This document shows positions 53,880 to 63,438 of a DNA stretch of 64,000 bases, in pieces; the first letter of the stretch is position 1, and each line of letters opens with the position of its first letter. The stretch is taken from NCBI GenBank assembly GCA_964409055.1, contig CAYPBW010000001.1, positions 9,354-73,353 of the forward strand, read 5' to 3'. The notes beneath the pieces were generated by a model. It worked only from the letters and a program-made list of their open reading frames with translations, did no database searches and had not been told where the DNA came from. The DNA is from an uncultured Chitinophaga sp. Lineage in GTDB: Bacteria > Bacteroidota > Bacteroidia > Chitinophagales > Chitinophagaceae. A program made the position numbers and the translations under genes.

Positions 53880-55034
53880 ATGAGACCAACTGCTTTAAAA
53901 CTAACTGCCGGAATCCTGCTCTTATGTGGTTTATCTTCCACAGTAAAAGCTCAGGTTGAACCCCTTAACGTTGTTACTACCGCCGTTCCTTTTTTGCGTA
54001 TTTCACCCGATGCCCGTTCAGGTGGTATGGGAGATCTTGGCGTAGCCACTTCTCCTGATGCTTATTCTGGATTGTGGAATGTGGGTAAAGTAGCTTTTAA
54101 TACAGCTAAAGGAGGTGTTGGTGCAACTTACACTCCATGGTTGAAAGACCTGGTAAATGATGTTTACCTCGCTTCACTTGCAGGATATTATAAATTTGCT
54201 GACAACCAGGCTATTCATGGTGCTGTTCGTTATTTCAGCCTCGGTAATATCACATTTACCGACAACCTGGGTAACGATTTCGGAAGCTTCCGCCCCCGTG
54301 AGTTCGGTATTGATATCGGCTATTCCCGTAAGCTGAATGCAAAGAATGGTATTGGTATTACTTTAAAATATATCAACTCTAATCTTGCCGGTAATACTAC
54401 AGTTGGTAGCACAACTTACAAAGCTGGTAATGCCGTTGCTGCTGACCTTGGTTGGTTCCACAATGGTGTTGGTGCTACAGGAAGTGGCTGGAACTGGGGT
54501 GTTGTTTTATCTAACCTCGGCTCTAAGATATCTTATACTGATAATGCTGATGCAAAAGATTTCATCCCTGCCAACCTCGGTTTCGGTACTAACTATACTA
54601 AAAAATTCAATGCTCAGAATAAAATTTCTTTCGGCGTAGAATTGAACAAACTGTTGGTGCCTACACCTCCTGCTGATCCTGCAACTGCACAGGAACTGGC
54701 TGATTACAGAAGCAAGAGTGTAATCGGTAGCTGGTTTAGCTCTTTCGGTGATGCTCCTGATGGATTCGGTGAAGAAATCAAAGAATTCCAGGCATCTCTG
54801 GGCGCTGAATATACATACAACGACCAGTTCATGCTCCGTGCAGGTTATTTCTACGAGAACAAAACAAAAGGTAACCGCCGTTACTTCACAGCTGGTCTGG
54901 GTGTTAAATACAATATTTTCGGTTTCAACTTTGCTTACCTGGTTCCTACAGGAAGTGGTGTTAGCCGCAATCCATTGTCAAACACACTGCGTTTCTCTAT
55001 TCTGTTTGATTTCAACGGACCTGCCGCTAAATAA
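53880..55034 (+). CDS. porV: T9SS outer-membrane shuttle/channel protein PorV (LptO)
   Basis: ATG at 53880 (MRPTALKLTAGILLLCG...KAQ), 384 aa. FLRISPDARSGGMGD near the N-terminus is a PorV hallmark, and the body is a beta-barrel. Confidence 0.9.
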   Translation: MRPTALKLTAGILLLCGLSSTVKAQVEPLNVVTTAVPFLRISPDARSGGMGDLGVATSPDAYSGLWNVGKVAFNTAKGGVGATYTPWLKDLVNDVYLASLAGYYKFADNQAIHGAVRYFSLGNITFTDNLGNDFGSFRPREFGIDIGYSRKLNAKNGIGITLKYINSNLAGNTTVGSTTYKAGNAVAADLGWFHNGVGATGSGWNWGVVLSNLGSKISYTDNADAKDFIPANLGFGTNYTKKFNAQNKISFGVELNKLLVPTPPADPATAQELADYRSKSVIGSWFSSFGDAPDGFGEEIKEFQASLGAEYTYNDQFMLRAGYFYENKTKGNRRYFTAGLGVKYNIFGFNFAYLVPTGSGVSRNPLSNTLRFSILFDFNGPAAK

Positions 55035-55057
55035 TATATTAGAGCTGATTATACGAA

Positions 55058-55081
55058 GCGTCCTGCCAAATGGCAGGACGC
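55058..55081 (+). terminator. Rho-independent terminator after porV
   Basis: gcgtcctgcc-aaat-ggcaggacgc forms a perfect 10-bp stem followed by tttatttt. Confidence 0.75.
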
Positions 55082-55114
55082 TTTATTTTCTGGATATTTG
55101 CAAAAAAAAACAAC

Positions 55115-55597
55115 ATGTCTTTCAGGATAGGCTCTGGAGTTGATTTTCACCAATTGACCGAAGGAAGGGAGTTATGGATTGGAGGTGTAAAAATTCCGCA
55201 TCACAAGGGTTCTCTTGGCCATAGTGATGCTGATGTGTTATTGCATGCCATTTGTGATGCAATGCTTGGCGCTTTAAGCCTTGGCGACATCGGAATCCAT
55301 TTTCCTAATACCGACCCCGCCTATAAAAATATTGATAGTAAGCTCTTGCTACAGAAAACGGTTGATATGATCAGGGCCAAAGGATACAGCATTGTAAATA
55401 TTGATTCAACCTTATGCCTGCAGGAACCAAAGATTAAACCTTATGTAGCGGCTATGCAGGAAGTAATTGCATATATTTCCGGTATTCAGACTTCTGACGT
55501 ATCAGTAAAAGCAACTACTACAGAAAATATGGGTTTTGTTGGCCGTGAAGAGGGGCTGATGGCTTATGCAACTGTCCTGCTGGAAAGAAAAGCCTGA
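55115..55597 (+). CDS. ispF: 2-C-methyl-D-erythritol 2,4-cyclodiphosphate synthase
   Basis: ATG at 55115 ([14 protein letters not shown]), with [11 protein letters not shown] and the other IspF motifs. Confidence 0.95.
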   Translation: MSFRIGSGVDFHQLTEGRELWIGGVKIPHHKGSLGHSDADVLLHAICDAMLGALSLGDIGIHFPNTDPAYKNIDSKLLLQKTVDMIRAKGYSIVNIDSTLCLQEPKIKPYVAAMQEVIAYISGIQTSDVSVKATTTENMGFVGREEGLMAYATVLLERKA

Positions 55598-55629
55598 CAG
55601 AATCGAAATTTTTTCCGTCAGCCGATAAC

Positions 55630-55637
55630 TATCTTTG
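55630..55637 (+). promoter_or_regulatory. -7 promoter element upstream of dut
   Basis: TATCTTTG lies 5 nt before ATG 55642. Confidence 0.35.
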
Positions 55638-55641
55638 CCGC

Positions 55642-56085
55642 ATGCCCGCAATAGCGATAAATGTCATTAATAAATCAACGAACCCACTCCCTGAGTATGC
55701 CACAGCTGGCTCTTCGGGAATGGACCTCAGGGCAAATTTGCAGGAACCGGTGTCTTTCAAGCCACTGGAAAGACTGCTGATACCAACGGGCCTTTTTATC
55801 GAGTTACCAGCCGGCTACGAAGCTCAGGTTAGGCCAAGAAGCGGTTTGGCTATTAAGCAGGGTATTACCTGTCTTAATACACCCGGTACAATTGATGCAG
55901 ACTACAGGGGAGAAATTAAGATAATATTGATCAACCTTTCTGGTGAAGAACAAGTCATAAGCCATGGTGACCGAATTGCACAATTAGTAATACATAAAGT
56001 GGAAAAGGCATGCTGGAACGAAACAGACGAACTGGCCATAACTGCCAGGAATGAAGGTGGGTTTGGTCATACGGGTCATCAATAA
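55642..56085 (+). CDS. dut: dUTP diphosphatase
   Basis: 147 aa with [25 protein letters not shown] and a C-terminal GGFGHTG. Confidence 0.95.
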   Translation: MPAIAINVINKSTNPLPEYATAGSSGMDLRANLQEPVSFKPLERLLIPTGLFIELPAGYEAQVRPRSGLAIKQGITCLNTPGTIDADYRGEIKIILINLSGEEQVISHGDRIAQLVIHKVEKACWNETDELAITARNEGGFGHTGHQ

Positions 56086-56096
56086 CTCAAATCGGC

Positions 56097-56915
56097 ATGA
56101 ATCAACTATCAGTTTATTTTATCGCAATAACTTGTTTTTTATATGCCTGCCGGCCTGCAAGAAATATTCAAACTACCCCTCCTGTAACAGATACAATTTC
56201 AATTACTGTTACTCCAACCGATAATCCGAAAGAAGACTCTGCCAGAATTATTAAAGAAAATTATGATAGAATAATTGCCGGCCAGATTCAATTCACCACC
56301 TTTAATGCAAAGATCGATGTAGAATACAGAGATGCCGATGGCAAAGACATCAATGCCAATGCCCATTTGCGAATGTATAAAGACAGCGTAATATGGCTTT
56401 CCCTTACTGGCCCTTTAGGCATTGAGGGTATCAGGGCTTTTATAACAAAGGATTCAGTAAAACTGCTGAATAAACAGGATAAAATATATACGGCCCGAAG
56501 CGTTTCTTATTTACAGGAAGTGACTGAATTGCCCCTTGATCTTTCTTCGCTGCAAAACCTGCTGGCCGGAAACCCCATTTTTTTTGATTCAACTATTACT
56601 GGCTATAATCTTTCTCCCGGGAGCATTTCTTTATTTAGCGCCGGGGAATTCTTTAATAACCTCTTAACCATTGGTGAGTCTGATAAATATCTTCAAAGCA
56701 GTAAACTCAATGACCTGGACTCAACAAGAGCCAGAACCTGTTATCTTACTTATTCGGCCTACGAAAATAAAAAAGGCTATAATTTTTCAACACGGCGCTC
56801 AGTCACGGTTACGGACAAGAAAAAACTGGATATTGAACTGGATTTCAGGCAATATGACTTTAATGAAACGTTAAGTTTCCCTTTTTCTATTCCGAAAAAT
56901 TACAAACGTAATTAG
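56097..56915 (+). CDS. DUF4292-like (LolA-fold) lipoprotein
   Basis: 272 aa with lipobox FLYAC. Its conserved position between dut and the M23 gene is typical in Bacteroidota. Confidence 0.55.
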   Translation: MNQLSVYFIAITCFLYACRPARNIQTTPPVTDTISITVTPTDNPKEDSARIIKENYDRIIAGQIQFTTFNAKIDVEYRDADGKDINANAHLRMYKDSVIWLSLTGPLGIEGIRAFITKDSVKLLNKQDKIYTARSVSYLQEVTELPLDLSSLQNLLAGNPIFFDSTITGYNLSPGSISLFSAGEFFNNLLTIGESDKYLQSSKLNDLDSTRARTCYLTYSAYENKKGYNFSTRRSVTVTDKKKLDIELDFRQYDFNETLSFPFSIPKNYKRN

Positions 56916-56997
56916 GTAATAAAATTTAAATTGCATCTCATCGTTATTCAGTAACTATTCCGCACCCTGTTTTTTGTAAAACCCATATCCCTTTAGC

Positions 56998-58347
56998 ATG
57001 AGAAAAATAAGCTTATTTCCGTTGTTTATTCTTTTTGCCGGCATAACGGTATTCGGGCAGGATAAAACACAGCTGGAGAAAGAGAGACAGCAAATTCAGA
57101 AAGAGTTACAAGAGATACAGAACCTTTATAACAAGGTAAAAGGGCAAACCAGGCAAACCCTTGGACAGTTGAATGTATTGAACAGGAAGATCAGTCTTTA
57201 TGAACAGTATATCAGTAGTATTAATAAAGAGATAAGATCTATCGATGACGATATTTATCTCAGTAATCTCGAGATATACCGGTTGCAAAAGCAACTGGAT
57301 ACATTAAAAGCACAGTATGCAAAAACAATAGTCTATGCTTATAAAAACAGGAGCAGCTATGATTATCTCAATTTTATCTTTTCGGCCAATAGTTTTAATG
57401 ATGCTGTAAAAAGAATTGCTTATCTGAAAAGTTATAAAGATTACAGGGAAAGGCAGGTAAATACAATACTGGAAACCCAGCAGTTGATTGCTGCGAGAAA
57501 AAAACAGCAACTGTCAAGAAAGGATCAGAAGAATGTTGCATTGCAAAACCAGGCTAAGCAGGTGCAGGAACTTTCCGTTCAAAAGAAAGAAAAAGATGTG
57601 GTAGTTGCCCAGTTGAAATCAAAGCAGAAAGACCTGGAAAAACAAATTGCAGCAAAAAAGAAAAAGGACAGGGACCTGCAAAATGCAATACTGGCCATAG
57701 TAAGAAGAGAGATAAAAGCGGCAGAAGATGCGGCGAAAGCCAAGGCAAAGGCAGAAGCAGATGCTAAAAAGAAGGAGGAGGAGCTGGCTAAGAAAAACAA
57801 TACAGTTGTAAAACCTGAAACAAATCCTGCCCCTACCGGAACAACGCCAACTACTACAACCGCCGTTACAAAAAGAAATGAACCTACTGCCAGGCCGGCA
57901 AGCTATCTTGACCTGAACGCAAAAGATGTTGCCCTTAACAGCAGCTTTGCGGCTAACAGGGCTAAGTTACCATGGCCGGTGGATAACGGAGTAGTTACTC
58001 TTCGTTTTGGGTCTAATAAGATCGAAAATACGCTGCTGACTTTTGACAATCCCGGGATCACTATCTCTACACCATCTCCGGGAGTAGCTGTAAAAGCAGT
58101 CTTCGACGGGGAAGTAAGTGGCGTTTATAACCTGGGAGACGGAATGGTTGTAACCATCAGGCATGGTAAATATTTTACAACCTACAGTAACTTATCCGGA
58201 GTAACTGTTACAAAAGGTTCTGTTGTTAAAACAGGACAACAGATTGGTAAGGCTGGCAAAGATGATGAAGGGAGCGGTGGCCAGGTCGATTTCATCTTGA
58301 TGATTGAAACTAAGAATGTTGATCCTATGCCATGGTTGAGAAGATAA
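56998..58347 (+). CDS. EnvC-like murein hydrolase activator (coiled coil plus degenerate LytM/M23 domain)
   Basis: 449 aa with a signal peptide and about 250 aa of Q/K/E-rich coiled coil. In the C-terminal LytM fold the metal ligands are replaced (NPGITI for HxxxD, YSNL for YxHL, QVDFIL for HLHFE). Confidence 0.8.
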   Translation: MRKISLFPLFILFAGITVFGQDKTQLEKERQQIQKELQEIQNLYNKVKGQTRQTLGQLNVLNRKISLYEQYISSINKEIRSIDDDIYLSNLEIYRLQKQLDTLKAQYAKTIVYAYKNRSSYDYLNFIFSANSFNDAVKRIAYLKSYKDYRERQVNTILETQQLIAARKKQQLSRKDQKNVALQNQAKQVQELSVQKKEKDVVVAQLKSKQKDLEKQIAAKKKKDRDLQNAILAIVRREIKAAEDAAKAKAKAEADAKKKEEELAKKNNTVVKPETNPAPTGTTPTTTTAVTKRNEPTARPASYLDLNAKDVALNSSFAANRAKLPWPVDNGVVTLRFGSNKIENTLLTFDNPGITISTPSPGVAVKAVFDGEVSGVYNLGDGMVVTIRHGKYFTTYSNLSGVTVTKGSVVKTGQQIGKAGKDDEGSGGQVDFILMIETKNVDPMPWLRR

Positions 58348-58368
58348 TCAAGGTGATTTTATATAGCT

Positions 58369-58396
58369 AAAAAGACCCGGTTTAACGGGTCTTTTT
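58369..58396. terminator. Bidirectional terminator between the envC-like gene and bshA
   Basis: aaaaagacccg-gtttaa-cgggtcttttt. Confidence 0.7.
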
Positions 58397-58399
58397 TTA

Positions 58400-59518
58400 T
58401 TACAGGAATCGTTCATATAATTTCTCGTAAACCGGAATAATATTATGTATGTCGAATTTTTTGGCTTGAGCAGCAGCTTTTTCTTTAAAAGACTGCAGGG
58501 TTTTATTGTCTTTTAGTATACTTAGGGCCTGCTGACTCATAGAGTCTACATCTCCCACATCACTCATGAAACCGGTTTCTCCCTGTACAATTATCTCTTT
58601 TAAACCACCGGCATTAGTAGAAACGACAGGAACACCGGCAGCCATGGCTTCCAACGCTGCTAAACCAAAGCTTTCATATTCTGAGGTAAGCAGAAACAGA
58701 TCACCAATAGCCAAAATGTCTTCCATTTGCTCTTGTTTGCCTACAAATCTTATTTCATCACATACACCTAATTCACGGCTCAGGTCTTCTGCTGTGCTTC
58801 TCTCCGGGCCATCGCCTACAAATAAAAGCTTGGAAGGAATTTGCTTTTGCACTTCATAGAAGATTTTAACAACATCCTGTACTCTTTTTATTTTTCTGAA
58901 ATTGGAGGCGTGCAATAAGATCCGTTCACCGTTCGGAGCAATTACTTTTTTGAAAGCGTCCAATGGTTTTCTGCTGAAGCGGCTGACATCAACAAAGTTG
59001 ACAATTACTTCAATCTCTTTTTCGATCTGGAAATGCTTATAGGTTTCATCCCGCAGGTTTTGTGATACTGCGGTAATACCGTCACTTTCGTTAATGGAAA
59101 AGGTTACTACAGGAGCATACATTTTGTCACGACCCACCAGTGTAATATCTGTTCCGTGTAAAGTCGTAATGACCGGAATGTTTTTTCCTTCCTTTTTCAA
59201 AATTTGTTTTGCCATATAGGCTGCAGAAGCATGAGGGATGGCATAATGTACATGCAACAGGTCCAGGTTATGATTCTTTATCACATCAACCATAGTACTG
59301 GCTAATGCTGTTTCGTAGGGAGGATAATCAAACAATGGATAGGTTGGGACTTGCACCTCATGGTAAAAGATGTTTGGCATGAACTCATTTAGTCTGACAG
59401 GCTGCTGATAGGTAACAAAGTGGACCAAGTGACCTTTTTGGGCCAGGGCTTTGCCCAGTTCGGTAGCAAGCACTCCCGATCCGCCAAAAGTAGGGTAGCA
59501 AACAATTCCGATTTTCAT
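58400..59518 (-). CDS. bshA: N-acetyl-alpha-D-glucosaminyl L-malate synthase (bacillithiol biosynthesis GT4 glycosyltransferase)
   Basis: 372 aa. N-terminal MKIGIVCYPTFGGSGVLATELG and GT4 EX7E region (SEYESFGLAALEAMAAG) match BshA. Confidence 0.8.
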   Translation of the reverse strand: MKIGIVCYPTFGGSGVLATELGKALAQKGHLVHFVTYQQPVRLNEFMPNIFYHEVQVPTYPLFDYPPYETALASTMVDVIKNHNLDLLHVHYAIPHASAAYMAKQILKKEGKNIPVITTLHGTDITLVGRDKMYAPVVTFSINESDGITAVSQNLRDETYKHFQIEKEIEVIVNFVDVSRFSRKPLDAFKKVIAPNGERILLHASNFRKIKRVQDVVKIFYEVQKQIPSKLLFVGDGPERSTAEDLSRELGVCDEIRFVGKQEQMEDILAIGDLFLLTSEYESFGLAALEAMAAGVPVVSTNAGGLKEIIVQGETGFMSDVGDVDSMSQQALSILKDNKTLQSFKEKAAAQAKKFDIHNIIPVYEKLYERFL

Positions 59519-59632
59519 ACTATTGTATTCAGGGACATCTAAGGTAACGGTTTTGGATGGCTTTGGTTTGCCGCTTATCTTAAATAATTATCTTCATTTT
59601 TTATTTCTGGTAATTTTAGCAAAATTCGATAC

Positions 59633-61036
59633 ATGAAAAAACTTACATTTCTATTGCTGGCAGCTATTTCTTCAATTACGATTTTTTCACAAAATGAGGA
59701 TTCAGTTCTGATCAGGCGAATTTCAGATGAGATACTCAGTAATGGAAAGGCATATGAGAATCTGCATTACCTAACAAAAAAGATCGGCCCGCGGCTGGCC
59801 GGCTCACAGGGAATGGTAAAATCGGAACAATGGGGTTTAAAAATGATGCAGGAAAGCGGTGCTGACATAGCCTGGATGCAGGAATGTAAGGTGCCACATT
59901 GGGTTAGAGGAGGAAAGGATGTTGCCAGTGCCGCATACATACCATCCAGGTCTGAAATAAAGAAAGGCCCCTATCCGGCAACGATCAAAAAAGTACTGGA
60001 TATTGTTGCCCTTGGTAATTCTGTTGGCACGGGTAACAAACCGCTTACAGCAGAGGTTTTGTTAGTTGATTCATTTGATGAATTGGAGAGGAGAAAAGAT
60101 GAGGTAAAGGGCAAAATAGTTTTTTATAACTATAAGTTTAACCCAACCTACGTCAATACTTTTCTTTCTTACCGTGATGCCGGTCAATACCGGGGGCAAG
60201 GCCCCAGCCGGGCATCAAAATATGGTGCCAAAGCGGTCATTGTGAGAAGCCTCAGTCATGCAGCAGATAATCATCCGCATACCGGTGCTACAAGATATGA
60301 TAGTGCATATGAAAAAATACCGGCGGTAGCAATAGGTTTACAAGATGCAGACTGGCTGAGTGAGCAGCTTCACAAAGGGATTGTTAGAGTTACAATAAAA
60401 ACAAACGGGTATTTTTTGCCGGATACAATTGGGCACAATATAATTGGCGAGTTAAAAGGGACGGAGTTTCCGGATGAAATCATAACTGTGGGTGGTCACC
60501 TTGATAGTTGGGATAACTGCGAAGGCGCACATGATGACGGAGCCGGATGTGTACAGGCAATTGAAATATTAAGAGCCTTTAAGGCTATCGGTTATAAACC
60601 TAAAAGAACAATTCGTTTCGTTTTGTTTGCCAATGAAGAAAATGGTTTAAGGGGAGGTAATAAATATGCTGAAGAAGCAAAGGCCAAAAACGAGAAGCAT
60701 TTGCTGGCTATGGAAAGTGATGCAGGCGGTTTTACTCCAAGGGCAATTGGTTTTTCAGGTAGTGATGAGCAGTATGCAAAAGTAGTATCCTGGAAATCCC
60801 TGATTGCTCCTTATGGCTGCACAGAAATCAATAAAGGCGGTGGAGGGGCAGACATCGGACCATTAAACCGGGCATTGAAAACACCAACAGCCAGTTTAAA
60901 TCCTGATACGCAGCGATACTTTGATATACATCATGCCAGAAGTGATGTGTTTGAGGCAGTAAATAAGAGAGAGTTAGAACTCGGAGCTGTGAATATGGCG
61001 GCGTTTATCTACCTGGTAGATAAATACGGCTTGTAA
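59633..61036 (+). CDS. M28 family aminopeptidase, secreted
   Basis: 467 aa with a signal peptide and Zn-ligand blocks GGHLDSWD, DDGAG and ANEENGL. Confidence 0.8.
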   Translation: MKKLTFLLLAAISSITIFSQNEDSVLIRRISDEILSNGKAYENLHYLTKKIGPRLAGSQGMVKSEQWGLKMMQESGADIAWMQECKVPHWVRGGKDVASAAYIPSRSEIKKGPYPATIKKVLDIVALGNSVGTGNKPLTAEVLLVDSFDELERRKDEVKGKIVFYNYKFNPTYVNTFLSYRDAGQYRGQGPSRASKYGAKAVIVRSLSHAADNHPHTGATRYDSAYEKIPAVAIGLQDADWLSEQLHKGIVRVTIKTNGYFLPDTIGHNIIGELKGTEFPDEIITVGGHLDSWDNCEGAHDDGAGCVQAIEILRAFKAIGYKPKRTIRFVLFANEENGLRGGNKYAEEAKAKNEKHLLAMESDAGGFTPRAIGFSGSDEQYAKVVSWKSLIAPYGCTEINKGGGGADIGPLNRALKTPTASLNPDTQRYFDIHHARSDVFEAVNKRELELGAVNMAAFIYLVDKYGL

Positions 61037-61039
61037 CTC

Positions 61040-62371
61040 CTATTTAAGAAGACTGGTAATTGCTTGCTGAACAGATGTAAAGGGAAATGAGTTAATCACT
61101 CTTTGCATCTGTTTTTTTATTTCATCTGTACAAAGATTGCCAATACTGCCCTCATGGGAATGGTTAAGGGAAGTTTCATAAATGAATTTTCCTGCTTCTA
61201 TATCAAGCCCAACTTTTTTATAAGCTTCTCTGAAGGGCATCCCTGCACTTACCAGCTTATTTACTTCTTCTACACTATAGAGATACTTATATTTTTCATC
61301 TGCCAGGATATTATCCTTCACATCAATATTTGATAGCATCAGGCCAGCCATTTTAATGCACTCTTTTAATGTTTTGAATGCAGGGAAAAGATGTTCTTTC
61401 AGTAATTGCAGATCCCGGTGATACCCCGATGGAAGGTTGGTCGTCATCAGCATGATTTCATTGGGCAGAGCTTTGATTCGGTTACAATGAGATCGGATCA
61501 ACTCAAATACATCAGGATTTTTTTTATGTGGCATAATGCTGCTGCCGGTGGTCAGTTCTTCCGGGAAACTGATAAATCCAAAATTCTGGTTCAGGTACAG
61601 GCACGCATCCATACTTAGTTTCGAAAGGGTATCAGCAACATTACTGAGTGATTGTGCTACGATGCGTTCTGCTTTTCCTCTGCCCATTTGTGCATATACC
61701 ACGTTGTAGTTAAGGTCTTCAAAACCCAGCAATTTTGTTGTAAGTGTCCTGTTGATCGGGAAAGAAGATCCATAACCAGCAGCAGATCCCAGCGGGTTTT
61801 TGTTGACTACATCATATGCAGCTTTGATGGTAGTAACGTCATCCACGAGGCTTTCCGCATAGGCGCCAAACCACAAACCAAATGAGGAAGGCATAGCTAA
61901 TTGCAAATGCGTATAACCGGGTAAAAGATGATCTTTATACTTTTCGCTATGTGCTTGGAGTAATTCAAAGAGTGGCTGAATGATTTTTACCAATTCTTCC
62001 AGCTCATTCCGGAGGAATAGTTTAATATCAACAAGTACCTGATCATTTCGGCTGCGGGCCGAATGAATTTTCTTTCCTGTATCTCCCAGTTTTTGAGTCA
62101 GTAACAATTCTACTTGCGAATGAATGTCTTCTGTGTCATCCTCCAAAAAAAACTCACCTTTTTGTATTTGCCGGTATATCAATTTTAGTTCGCTTTCCAA
62201 TTGCCCTAACTCGTCTTTTGTCAATAGCCTAACAGACTCCAGCATTTTAATATGTGCTAATGATCCTATTACATCAAAGGCAGCAAGATACATATCCATT
62301 TCACGGTCCTTTCCGACAGTAAATTCTTCTACCTGCTTCAATGATGATTTGTCTTTTTGCCAGAGTTTCAT
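61040..62371 (-). CDS. argH: Argininosuccinate lyase
   Basis: 443 aa with the GSSIMPHKKNPD signature. Confidence 0.95.
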   Translation of the reverse strand: MKLWQKDKSSLKQVEEFTVGKDREMDMYLAAFDVIGSLAHIKMLESVRLLTKDELGQLESELKLIYRQIQKGEFFLEDDTEDIHSQVELLLTQKLGDTGKKIHSARSRNDQVLVDIKLFLRNELEELVKIIQPLFELLQAHSEKYKDHLLPGYTHLQLAMPSSFGLWFGAYAESLVDDVTTIKAAYDVVNKNPLGSAAGYGSSFPINRTLTTKLLGFEDLNYNVVYAQMGRGKAERIVAQSLSNVADTLSKLSMDACLYLNQNFGFISFPEELTTGSSIMPHKKNPDVFELIRSHCNRIKALPNEIMLMTTNLPSGYHRDLQLLKEHLFPAFKTLKECIKMAGLMLSNIDVKDNILADEKYKYLYSVEEVNKLVSAGMPFREAYKKVGLDIEAGKFIYETSLNHSHEGSIGNLCTDEIKKQMQRVINSFPFTSVQQAITSLLK

Positions 62372-63438
62372 ACTACTTTATTTAATAGCTGGATGTAAAG
62401 CTCGATACCGGTCCTTATTTCCTCAATATAAATATACTCATCCGCTGTGTGGCTTCGGGCAGAATCTCCGGGTCCGATTTTTAGCGCCGGAAAAGGCATT
62501 AATGCCTTATCAGAAGTAGTAGGAGAGCCATAGTAACTTCTTCCCAGGTCCAGGCCAGCCTTAACCAGCGGATGATCCAATGGAATAGAAGTGGACCGAA
62601 GCCGTGTACTCCTGGGTTTTACTTCACAAGTAACATTTGCACTGATAATGTCTAGTACCTCTTCAAAACTGTACAGCTCATTGATGCGGGTATCAACTAC
62701 AAATTTGCAAACAGCCGGAACAACATTGTGTGCCTTGTTTTCCGTTTCAATAACAGTAACATTCATTCTTGAAGGACCCAGCAAATCTGAAACCTTGTTA
62801 AACTGGTAGCTGTTGAACCATTCAATATCTTTCAATGCTTTATAGATGGCATTCTCTCCTTCATTCCTGGCTGCATGACCTGCTTTACCATGACTGATAC
62901 AATCCAGTACCATCAGGCCTCTTTCAGCCACTGCCATCTGCATTTGTGTAGGTTCACCCACAATGGCACAATCAATTTGAGGTAGGTACTTTAATGTATA
63001 TTCGATTCCACCGGTGCCGCTGATTTCTTCTTCTGCCGTGGCAGCAATGATAATATTATATTTTAAATCAGGTCGCTCATAGAAATATAAAAATGAAGCT
63101 ATAAGGGAAACAAGACATCCACCAGCATCATTACTGCCAAGGCCAAACAGCTTTCCATCTTCTTCAATTGGTGAAAAAGGATCTTTGGTGTACTGGGGAT
63201 TAGGCTTTACCGTATCATGGTGTGAATTAAGGAGAATGGTTGGTTTTGTCTTATTGAAATACTTGTTCACTGCAAAAAGGTTATTGCCCACCCAGGTAGC
63301 AGCTACATCTTTTGCCGCAAAAAATCTGGCGATAATACCTGCAGTCTTTTCTTCTTCCTTACTGAAAGAAGGAGTTGCAATTAAATCTTTCAGAAGCCCC
63401 ATAGCATCTCTGTGTAATATATTCAGGTGGCTACTCAT
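62368..63438 (-). CDS. argE: M20 family metallohydrolase (acetylornithine deacetylase-like)
   Basis: 356 aa with LLNSHHDTV, GSNDAGG and EEE(I)SG blocks. Lies between argB and argH with 4- and 8-nt overlaps. Confidence 0.75.
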   Translation of the reverse strand: MSSHLNILHRDAMGLLKDLIATPSFSKEEEKTAGIIARFFAAKDVAATWVGNNLFAVNKYFNKTKPTILLNSHHDTVKPNPQYTKDPFSPIEEDGKLFGLGSNDAGGCLVSLIASFLYFYERPDLKYNIIIAATAEEEISGTGGIEYTLKYLPQIDCAIVGEPTQMQMAVAERGLMVLDCISHGKAGHAARNEGENAIYKALKDIEWFNSYQFNKVSDLLGPSRMNVTVIETENKAHNVVPAVCKFVVDTRINELYSFEEVLDIISANVTCEVKPRSTRLRSTSIPLDHPLVKAGLDLGRSYYGSPTTSDKALMPFPALKIGPGDSARSHTADEYIYIEEIRTGIELYIQLLNKVV

